From positions 2,720,001 to 2,784,000 of the forward strand of contig OZ220732.1 of NCBI GenBank assembly GCA_965116905.1: 64,000 nt of DNA, read 5' to 3'. The notes under the pieces are model-generated. The model saw only the letters and a program-made list of their open reading frames with translations, did not search any database and had not been told where the DNA came from. Shown here piece after piece: positions 1 to 7,321 of the stretch. The translations under genes and the position numbers were made by a program. This DNA comes from Longimicrobiales bacterium. GTDB taxonomy: Bacteria; Gemmatimonadota; Gemmatimonadetes; Longimicrobiales; Gaopeijiaceae. The number at the start of each line of letters is the position of its first letter. The stretch's first letter is position 1.

Positions 1-1
1 A

Positions 2-622
2 GCGGCCAGCGCCCGGGTGCCCGCCTCCTACCCCCGGCTGGACCGGCCCTTGCCCGAGGTCGCGGGGCTGCTGGACCAGCATGGCGATGCGTTCGGCTGG
101 GAGCGCGTCGCCGGCCGGCCCGCGCTCCTCACCTTCGGCTTCGGACACTGCGCGACCGTATGTCCCATGACGGTCATGAACGCGCGGCAGGCCCGGGACC
201 GGTTGCGGGCCGAGGGCCACGAGATGGACCTCGTGGTGATCACGCTGGACCCCTGGCGGGACACCCCTGCGCGGCTTCCCTCGCTGGCGCGGCAATTCCA
301 CCTTGGCGGAGACGGTGCCAGCGCGAACGATGGGGCGAGCGCGAACGATGGGGCGAGCGCGAACGATGGGGCGAGCGCGGGCCCCGCGGCGGGAGGTGGG
401 CGCGCGGCAGAAGGTGGCCCCGGCCGATCATACCTGCTGTCCGGCCCGGTCGAGGCGGTCAACGCCGCGCTCGATGCCCTCCAGGTGGCGCGGGAGCGGG
501 TCGTGGACACGGGCGACATCGTCCACCCCGCGCTGGTCTACCTGCTAGGCGCGGACGGGACGATCGTCTACGCTGCGAGCGGGCACGCCGACCTCATTGA
601 GGAACTGGCGCGGCGGATGTGA
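2..622 (+). CDS. SCO/SenC family copper chaperone (5' end probably outside the window)
   Basis: FGFGHCATVCP (CxxxC), ITLDPWRDTP and distal IVHPALVYL His; the frame is open to the window edge. Confidence 0.85.
   Translation, partial: AASARVPASYPRLDRPLPEVAGLLDQHGDAFGWERVAGRPALLTFGFGHCATVCPMTVMNARQARDRLRAEGHEMDLVVITLDPWRDTPARLPSLARQFHLGGDGASANDGASANDGASANDGASAGPAAGGGRAAEGGPGRSYLLSGPVEAVNAALDALQVARERVVDTGDIVHPALVYLLGADGTIVYAASGHADLIEELARRM
320..379 (+). repeat. In-frame 18-bp tandem repeat AGCGCGAACGATGGGGCG x3.3 (SANDGA)
   Basis: Read directly from the sequence. Confidence 0.95.
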
Positions 623-623
623 G

Positions 624-1340
624 CTACGGCGCCAGACTGATCCCGAACACCAGAAACGCGCGGTCCTGGTCGGGATTGAAGATGTACGAGACGTTCATCG
701 GAAGCGCGAACGAATCGGTGATCTGCAAGTCCTTGCCGGCCGTGATTCCAAGGTTCACGATGGCAGCCCCTTCGGTCCCGTAGAAGCCGCTCTCGGCGGT
801 GACCATGCCCGCGTGCAGGCCGAGTTCCACGCCTTCGCCCGCCGGCAGCGGCAGGCCCGCCTCCACGTACATGGGCTTGTCGTCGTCGTTGATGAGGCCG
901 GCAAAGAGCGACAGCGGGAACGACTCGGGTCCTGCGAAGGCCAGGGAGAACTCCCATGTGTGGGCGCTCTCGTAGCTGAACCCGTCGGCCCCCGGGCCGG
1001 GGAAGTAGTAGTCGGTGGCGCCGATCGCGAAGGAAGCTCCCGAGGAGGTCGTGACCGTGTACGTGAACCAGAGGTCGTTCTCGTTTGCGGACGCGCCGTC
1101 GGCGGAGATCGAGTAGGAGCCCCAGGCCCCGAATTCGAGGCCGCCGGCACCAATGGTCAGCGCGGGCTGCACCGACATCGACTCCCCGAAATCGAGTCCA
1201 CGCCAGACGTAGCGGCTGACGACGTCGGCGCCGATGGAGACGGATTGTGCGGCGGCGGGAGAAGGAACGGGCGCGAGGGCGGCAAGCGTGCCCAGTGCGG
1301 CGACGATGAGAACGCGACGGCGGTTGGTTGGCCAATGCAT
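624..1340 (-). CDS. TorF-like putative outer-membrane beta-barrel protein
   Basis: Signal peptide, then GADVVSRYVWRG, QPAL, GAWGS and alternating beta-strand pattern; RBS GGAAAGGAAG before ATG 1340. Confidence 0.7.
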   Translation of the reverse strand: MHWPTNRRRVLIVAALGTLAALAPVPSPAAAQSVSIGADVVSRYVWRGLDFGESMSVQPALTIGAGGLEFGAWGSYSISADGASANENDLWFTYTVTTSSGASFAIGATDYYFPGPGADGFSYESAHTWEFSLAFAGPESFPLSLFAGLINDDDKPMYVEAGLPLPAGEGVELGLHAGMVTAESGFYGTEGAAIVNLGITAGKDLQITDSFALPMNVSYIFNPDQDRAFLVFGISLAP

Positions 1341-1383
1341 GTGACAGCTTCCTTTCCAGTATGGAGCAAAATCCCCTTGCACT

Positions 1384-2253
1384 TCAGGCGGTCCCGGCGG
1401 CTTCCCGGTGGCGGGTCACCATGACCTGTGTTGTCAGCTTCGAGTCGGCCGCACCCCTGTAGACTCCGCGGGTCGGGGGTACATCCGCATAGTCTCTTCC
1501 GACCGCCACGCGCACGTGTCGGTGGTCGCTCCGGCTGTCGTTGGCCGGATCCAGTCCGATCCATCCCACTCCGGGGTACCAGCACTCCACCCAGGCGTGG
1601 CTCTCGCCGGGAGTCGCGAAGTCGTCGTCGGGACCGAGGTAGCCGGACACGTAACGGCAGGGCACCCCCCACCCCCGGAGTATGGACGCCATGACGTGCG
1701 CGTAGTCCTGACACACGCCGCGTCCGGTCTCCAGTATCCGGTCGATGGGCGAGTCCACCGCGGTACTCCCGGGCGCGTACTCGAAAATGTCGTGGAGTCT
1801 CGTGCCGAGGTCGACCGCGCTGCGCAGCGGATCGTCACCCGGCTTGATCCCGTGCTTGTCGAGGAACCGATCCAGGGCCTCGGAGGGGCCCACGTAGTGA
1901 CTCGGCTGCAGCATCAGCCACAGCTCCGGGCTTCGGATCGCCCCGCCGAGCTCCTGCCACGCATCGGGCCCCAGACGCGTCGGAAGTTGTGACATGGGAC
2001 CCACTTCGACGGTCGAACGGCTCCGTATCGCAAGCCGCTCGTGTGCGCCGGGGCGATCGAGGAAGTGCCCGAGGTTTCCGAACGGACCGACGAAATCGAA
2101 CAGCGTACCCGGCGGATCGGTCCGGATGCCGAAGTCCAGCACCACCTGGCACCGGTCCTGGATGGGCCGCAGGTACAGCGTCATGACCGAGGAGTGCACG
2201 GGAGCATCGTAGGCGAAGTCGACCGAGTGCTCTATGGTGTACCTGGCAATCAC
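1384..2253 (-). CDS. Transglutaminase family protein (Bact_transglu_N + core)
   Basis: YTIEHSVDFAY N-terminus; catalytic triad GVCQDYAH / SHAWVE / LDPAN; GTG start overlaps upstream TGA. Confidence 0.9.
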   Translation of the reverse strand: MIARYTIEHSVDFAYDAPVHSSVMTLYLRPIQDRCQVVLDFGIRTDPPGTLFDFVGPFGNLGHFLDRPGAHERLAIRSRSTVEVGPMSQLPTRLGPDAWQELGGAIRSPELWLMLQPSHYVGPSEALDRFLDKHGIKPGDDPLRSAVDLGTRLHDIFEYAPGSTAVDSPIDRILETGRGVCQDYAHVMASILRGWGVPCRYVSGYLGPDDDFATPGESHAWVECWYPGVGWIGLDPANDSRSDHRHVRVAVGRDYADVPPTRGVYRGAADSKLTTQVMVTRHREAAGTA

Positions 2254-3248
2254 GACGGCAGCCCTTCCGAGACGGGGTAGTCGACGTACTCGGTGATCAG
2301 CAGATCGTGGAGCCTCCTGCCATCGCCGGCGAGGTGCTCGAAGAGCCGGTCGGTGATACCGCTGCCGTCCGCCGCCCGCTCTTCGTCGGTCACGGTTCCG
2401 GTCGCGGCCTCGACCGTGGCCGCCAGCCTCAGCGCGACCCTCCTCGGTGGAATGAGGGGGTGACGGCTCCCGAGCGGGTCGATGCCGACGAGCATCTGCT
2501 CGATCCGCTGCAGGGCAAAACAGAGGGAACGTGGCACCTCCGGGTCGCGGATCAGGAATTCGAGTACGGCGTCGCGTTCGGCCGCCATGCCGTGCCGGCG
2601 GCAGTAGAGCTCGAACGCCACGCACACGCGGAGGAGGTCGCTCCACGAAAGGGAAGGGTCCGCCCCCGCCGGCGCACCGAGCTGGTCCCACGTGCACAGC
2701 AGGTTCGTCTGGTGCTGGAAACGCTCGACGAATCGGCCCAGCTGCAGAAAACGCCACACGTCGTCCCTCGACATCGTCGCTTCCACTACCCCGGCAAGCA
2801 GCCGAAGCCGGTCGATTCCCTCGGAAACGAGGGTGGCCGGGCGTTTCTTCCAGGCGGCCGGAAAGTCGCAATCCCGGATCCAGAGGAACCCGCGGTTGAG
2901 CGTGGTCCAGACCTCGAGCGGAAGTTGCGGGCGCAGCTGCGTGGCGTTCTCGCGCGCCATGCCCCAGCACGTGACCATGGAGTCGGGGTTGGTGTGATCT
3001 TCGACCAGACTGCCGGCCAGCGTGTAGGCGTCGGCCATCATGAACGCCTCGGCCTCGTCGACATCGGCCGGCGCGATCGGAGGCGACTGTCCCAGCGCGC
3101 GATAGATCACCTGCCAACCCAGCGCCAGTTCGTCGGCGGGGGAATCGACCAGGCCGGTCAGCTGGTACTTCAGAAGACGTGCGGTGTGCTCGGTGCGTTC
3201 GATGTACCGTCCCATCCAGTACAAATCCGCCGCTACCCGCGCCAGCAT
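2250..3248 (-). CDS. Alpha-E domain protein (DUF403)
   Basis: MLARVAADLYWMGRYIERTE, ARENA, FLQLGRFVER and PRSL motifs. Confidence 0.92.
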   Translation of the reverse strand: MLARVAADLYWMGRYIERTEHTARLLKYQLTGLVDSPADELALGWQVIYRALGQSPPIAPADVDEAEAFMMADAYTLAGSLVEDHTNPDSMVTCWGMARENATQLRPQLPLEVWTTLNRGFLWIRDCDFPAAWKKRPATLVSEGIDRLRLLAGVVEATMSRDDVWRFLQLGRFVERFQHQTNLLCTWDQLGAPAGADPSLSWSDLLRVCVAFELYCRRHGMAAERDAVLEFLIRDPEVPRSLCFALQRIEQMLVGIDPLGSRHPLIPPRRVALRLAATVEAATGTVTDEERAADGSGITDRLFEHLAGDGRRLHDLLITEYVDYPVSEGLPS

Positions 3249-3276
3249 CAGCCGACCGTCGCCTCTCGCATCGTCG

Positions 3277-4779
3277 TCAGGACCGCAACACCCAGAGGTC
3301 CTTGCAGCCGCCGCCCTGGCTCGAGTTCACCACAAGGCTGCCCTCGCGCAACGCCACACGGCACAGGCCGCCGGGGACCACGTTCTGACCATCCGCACCA
3401 TGCAACGTGAACGGCCTCAGGTCCACATGGCGAGGCTGCAGCGCGCCGTCGACGAAGCAGCCCGCCCTCGAGAGCGGGAGGACCGGCTGCGATATGTAGT
3501 TCGTGGGGTTCTCCCGGAGCCTGGCCGCAAACGCCTCGCGCTCGCGGCTGCTGGCGTGGGGTCCGACCAGCATGCCATAGCCCCCGGAACCGCCGACCTC
3601 CTTGACGACGAGGTCCCGGAGGTTGTCCAGCGTGAATTCAAGGCCCTCGGGTTCGCGGCACAGGTGCGTGTCCACGTTCGCCAGAATGGGCTCCTCGCCC
3701 AGGAAATAGCGGATGATCTGCGGCAGGAAGGCATACACGGCCTTGTCGTCCGCGACCCCCGTACCGGGGGCGTTCGCCAGCACCACATTCCCTGCGCGGT
3801 ATGCGTGAAACAGCCCGGGTGCGCCGAGCACCGAGTCCCTTCGGAAGGTGACGGGATCGACGAAATCGTCGTCGATGCGCCGATACAGAACGTCGATCCG
3901 GCGCAACCCCGAGGCCATCCGCGCGTACAAGGTGGCGTTGTGGACGACGAGGTCGCGTCCTTCTACCAGGTCGATGCCCATTTCGCCCGCGAGGAAAGCG
4001 TGCTCATAGTACGCCGAGTTGTATCGGCCGGGCGTGAGAATGGCCACGCGCGGCCGGGTGGTCGACGAACTCAGCGAGGCGAGCGCCGAATACAGTCGCT
4101 GCGGATATCCGGCCACCTCGCGAACCCCGTGTTCCCGATACAGGCCGGGTACCGAACGCTTGGTGGCCGCGCGACAAGCGAGCATGTAGGAGACGCCCGA
4201 GGGCACGCGTACGTTGTCCTCCAACACCGCGAATCCGGTGTCGGTGCGCACGATGTCCGTGCCGCCGACCGCGACGTAGACATCGTGGGGGACTTCCACG
4301 CCCCGCATCTCGACGCGGTACTGGGGGCACCCCAACACCAGGTCGGGCGGAACCACGCCGTCACGGAGCGACCGGCCCTCGTGGTAGATGTCCCGGAGGA
4401 AGAGGTTGATGGCGGTCAGGCGCTGCTTCAGCCCGGATTCGATGTGGTCCCACTCCGCGGCGGTGATGACGCGCGGTACGCAATCGATCGGGATGATGTG
4501 CTCCGAGACCTCGTCCGCCCCCAGCACGGTGAACGTGATCCCCTCGTGGAGGAAACGGCGGTAGACGCCTTCCTGCAGCTTGACCAGCTCTTCCGCGGGG
4601 AATCGGCCCAGGGCTTCGCTCAGCCGTCGGCAGGCGTCGCGGGGCCTGCCGTCGCCGCCGAACATCTCATCGTGGAAGCGGGGGTCGAGCGCGTATTCGG
4701 CAAACGCGCCCGACCCGGCGACGACCGTGCCGCTACTGCCTGCACCGCCGTCGCCGGACCGGGATCGCGGATCTCCCAT
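3277..4779 (-). CDS. Circularly permuted type 2 ATP-grasp protein (DUF404/407)
   Basis: GITFTV, VLEDNVRVPSGVSY, YRRIDDDF, NAPGTGVADDK, RHVDLRPF, VVNSSQGGGCKD; start could be 4818. Confidence 0.93.
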   Translation of the reverse strand: MGDPRSRSGDGGAGSSGTVVAGSGAFAEYALDPRFHDEMFGGDGRPRDACRRLSEALGRFPAEELVKLQEGVYRRFLHEGITFTVLGADEVSEHIIPIDCVPRVITAAEWDHIESGLKQRLTAINLFLRDIYHEGRSLRDGVVPPDLVLGCPQYRVEMRGVEVPHDVYVAVGGTDIVRTDTGFAVLEDNVRVPSGVSYMLACRAATKRSVPGLYREHGVREVAGYPQRLYSALASLSSSTTRPRVAILTPGRYNSAYYEHAFLAGEMGIDLVEGRDLVVHNATLYARMASGLRRIDVLYRRIDDDFVDPVTFRRDSVLGAPGLFHAYRAGNVVLANAPGTGVADDKAVYAFLPQIIRYFLGEEPILANVDTHLCREPEGLEFTLDNLRDLVVKEVGGSGGYGMLVGPHASSREREAFAARLRENPTNYISQPVLPLSRAGCFVDGALQPRHVDLRPFTLHGADGQNVVPGGLCRVALREGSLVVNSSQGGGCKDLWVLRS

Positions 4780-4786
4780 TGTCGTA

Positions 4787-6205
4787 TCAGTCGGGGTCCC
4801 TGTAGTCGCCGCCGTCATCGGGATCCGTCATCAGCACGAACTCGGGGTACGCATCGATCCCGAGCTCGGCAGCATCCTGTCCGATCTCCTCGACGCTGCG
4901 GGAGACCCGGACGCCGATCGTCTTATCGAGGACCGTCCACAACACGTACGAAACCGTGAAGACGAAAGCTCCGACCGCGACGATGCCGGTGAGCTGAACC
5001 ACGATGTCGCCGCCTGCGGCGATGGCGGTGGCCAGTGTTCCCCAGATGCCCGCGAACAGGTGAGCCGGCACCGCGCCGACCACGTCGTCGATTCTCCGCT
5101 GTTCCAGCAGCTTCAGGCCGGCGGTGCACACCAGGGCACCGATCGCCCCGATGAAGATGGCCCAGCGAGCGTCCACGAGATTGGGTCCGGCCGTGATCGC
5201 CACGAGTCCGGCGATCGCCCCATTGAGCCCGGCGAACAGATCCAGGCGTCCCAGGATCGGTTTCGACACGATGATTGCGGTCACCACGCCCGCGGCTGCC
5301 GCGAGGTTGGTGTTGACGAGCACATTGCTCATGGCAACCGCGTCGGCGGCGCTTCCGAGCGCCAGCTGGGAGCCGCCGTTGAACCCGAACCATCCCAGCC
5401 ACAGGATGAAGACGCCGAGTGTGACCGCGGGGATGTTCGATGGAGCGGTGATCTTGACCGACCCGTCCTTGCGGAACTTGCCCCAGCGCGGACCGACGAC
5501 GATGGCGCCGGCCAGAGCGGCCCAGCCTCCCGTGGAGTGCACGATGGTCGACCCGGCGAAGTCCGTGAAGCCAGCCGCATAGAGCCAGCCGCCGCCCCAG
5601 GTCCAGGCCCCGATGACCGGGTAGATGAAGGCGGTGAGCACCGCGGTGAACGCGAAGAACGCCCACAGGTTGACCCGCTCGGCCAGGGCTCCCGAGACAA
5701 TCGACGCGGTGGTCGCCACGAAGACCATCTGGAAGAACCAGTCCGACGTCACGGCATAGCCGTTCTCGATCACCGCGGCTGCGACGCTCTCGTCGCCACC
5801 CAGCAAGGCGATTTCATCGGCGGAAGGCCCGTAGAACCAGTCCAGCGAACCGACGAATCTGCCCACGTCGGTATACATCAGGCCGTAGCCGATGATGTAG
5901 TACGCGAGCCCGGCGATCGCGTAGAGCCCGATGTTCTTCAGGCAGATCACGGAGGCGTTCTTCGACCGAACCGAGCCGGACTCCAGCATGGTGAAGCCCG
6001 CGCACATCCACATCACCAGCGCACCCCAGACGAGGAACGAGAAGGTGTTGAGGACGAAGGCCGTATCCTGGCCCGCCGCTTCCTGGGCCGAGGCGACGGC
6101 GGGCCCCAACAGCTCGGCGAGAAGGAGGATTCCAAACGTCACGGCGATTCCGGGGACTCTGGAGGAGCAGCCGAGCATGCTCGGCGCGAACGTACGGAGG
6201 GTCAT
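4787..6205 (-). CDS. amt: Ammonium transporter (Amt family)
   Basis: GFTMLESG, FFQMVF, SGALAER, DFAGSTIVH, WFGFNGGS, IDDVVGAVPAH; both pore His present; start approximate. Confidence 0.95.
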   Translation of the reverse strand: MTLRTFAPSMLGCSSRVPGIAVTFGILLLAELLGPAVASAQEAAGQDTAFVLNTFSFLVWGALVMWMCAGFTMLESGSVRSKNASVICLKNIGLYAIAGLAYYIIGYGLMYTDVGRFVGSLDWFYGPSADEIALLGGDESVAAAVIENGYAVTSDWFFQMVFVATTASIVSGALAERVNLWAFFAFTAVLTAFIYPVIGAWTWGGGWLYAAGFTDFAGSTIVHSTGGWAALAGAIVVGPRWGKFRKDGSVKITAPSNIPAVTLGVFILWLGWFGFNGGSQLALGSAADAVAMSNVLVNTNLAAAAGVVTAIIVSKPILGRLDLFAGLNGAIAGLVAITAGPNLVDARWAIFIGAIGALVCTAGLKLLEQRRIDDVVGAVPAHLFAGIWGTLATAIAAGGDIVVQLTGIVAVGAFVFTVSYVLWTVLDKTIGVRVSRSVEEIGQDAAELGIDAYPEFVLMTDPDDGGDYRDPD

Positions 6206-6256
6206 GGTCTGTCCATTCGTCGGGAGGGAGCGGTGGGTCCTCGAAAGCACGGATCG

Positions 6257-6318
6257 ATCATGGGAGTGACTCAATCATGGGAGTGCGGTCAAGGTATCGC
6301 CGGAAAACCGTCGCGCAA
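6257..6318 (-). promoter_or_regulatory. Putative sigma70-type amt promoter (TTGCGC-N16-TACCTT) followed by a 12-bp direct repeat
   Basis: -35 at 6318-6313, -10 at 6296-6291; ATCATGGGAGTG (plus-strand reading) at 6257-6268 and 6274-6285. Confidence 0.35.
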
Positions 6319-6517
6319 GGGGTTGAAACGAGGCCTGAGCGCAGGGTACGCTGTCCTTTTCTGACGTACCTGCGTTCCGGTTCTGTCCTGGGGTGTGCGG
6401 GTACACGGACAGAAATGAGGGCCACCGGGATCGAGGCTCGCGGATGGCCCTCGATCAACTCCCCACAACCGCGGATCCATGGGGATGCGTGTGGCCTCCG
6501 AATGTCGGGTAGAATCG

Positions 6518-6856
6518 CTACCCGGAGAAGCTCGCGCGCGCCTCGTCGGCCGTAGCGAAGACCTTGGTGAGCCGCACGAAGCCGCTGACCTCCAGTACCT
6601 CGCGGATGTGGTCCGGCACGGCGCATAGCGCCAGGCCGCCGCCGGCTTCGTTGGTCTTCCTGATCGCGATCAGCAAGACGCGCAGCCCGGCACTGCTGAT
6701 GTAGTTGAGCCCGCCGCAATCGACCACCAGGCTGCTCACCCCGCGGTCGATAATCGCGCTCAACTCCTCGTCGAAGTCCTTGGCATTCGCGGAATCGACT
6801 CGTCCGTCCACCACGGCGACGGCGGTGCTTCCGGAATAGCTGGTCTCCACATTCAT
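6518..6856 (-). CDS. STAS-domain anti-sigma factor antagonist (RsbV/SpoIIAA-like)
   Basis: GRVDSANA, LNYISSAGLRVLL with phosphoacceptor Ser, 112 aa. Confidence 0.92.
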   Translation of the reverse strand: MNVETSYSGSTAVAVVDGRVDSANAKDFDEELSAIIDRGVSSLVVDCGGLNYISSAGLRVLLIAIRKTNEAGGGLALCAVPDHIREVLEVSGFVRLTKVFATADEARASFSG

Positions 6857-6875
6857 GTTTGGTTCCTCCCGGCGC

Positions 6876-7295
6876 CTACAGTGGCTGCACGAGGTTCAGG
6901 CGATTCCATCCGTCCACACGCTCGTAGCGGAGTCCATGGACGAACGCCTTGGTGAGGTGGATGCCGAGGCCGCCCACGCGGCGATCTTCGGCGGAAAGTC
7001 CCAGATCGGGCTCCGGTGCGTCAAGCAACGGGTTGAAGGGCCGTCCGTTGTCCTGAAGTACTGCTTCCAGCTGCGCGTCCGTAAGGCGCAGCCCCACGGT
7101 GATGATGGGATTGGACTCATCTTCGTCGAACGCATACGAAACCACATTGGTCAGAAGCTCGTCAAGGGCCAGCTGAAACTTGAATACCAGCCCCATCGGC
7201 AGTTCGTGGGCATTGGCGAAGCGCTCGAAACGCTCCACGGCACGCCGCGGCTCATCCTGGCCGAGCCCCACTTCCATCTCGAGCTTGACGTCCAC
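6876..7295 (-). CDS. RsbW/SpoIIAB-like anti-sigma factor Ser/Thr kinase (HATPase_c_2)
   Basis: LALDELLTNVVSYA, DNGRPFNP, GGLGIHL. Confidence 0.9.
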   Translation of the reverse strand: MDVKLEMEVGLGQDEPRRAVERFERFANAHELPMGLVFKFQLALDELLTNVVSYAFDEDESNPIITVGLRLTDAQLEAVLQDNGRPFNPLLDAPEPDLGLSAEDRRVGGLGIHLTKAFVHGLRYERVDGWNRLNLVQPL

Positions 7296-7321
7296 TTAGC
7301 GGTCCCCTCGCGAGAGATGCT

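Noticed and set aside
311..1110. DGASAN peptide shared by the SCO repeat and the neighbouring TorF-like protein
   Set aside because: Codons differ at several synonymous positions and the match is only six small residues; likely coincidence
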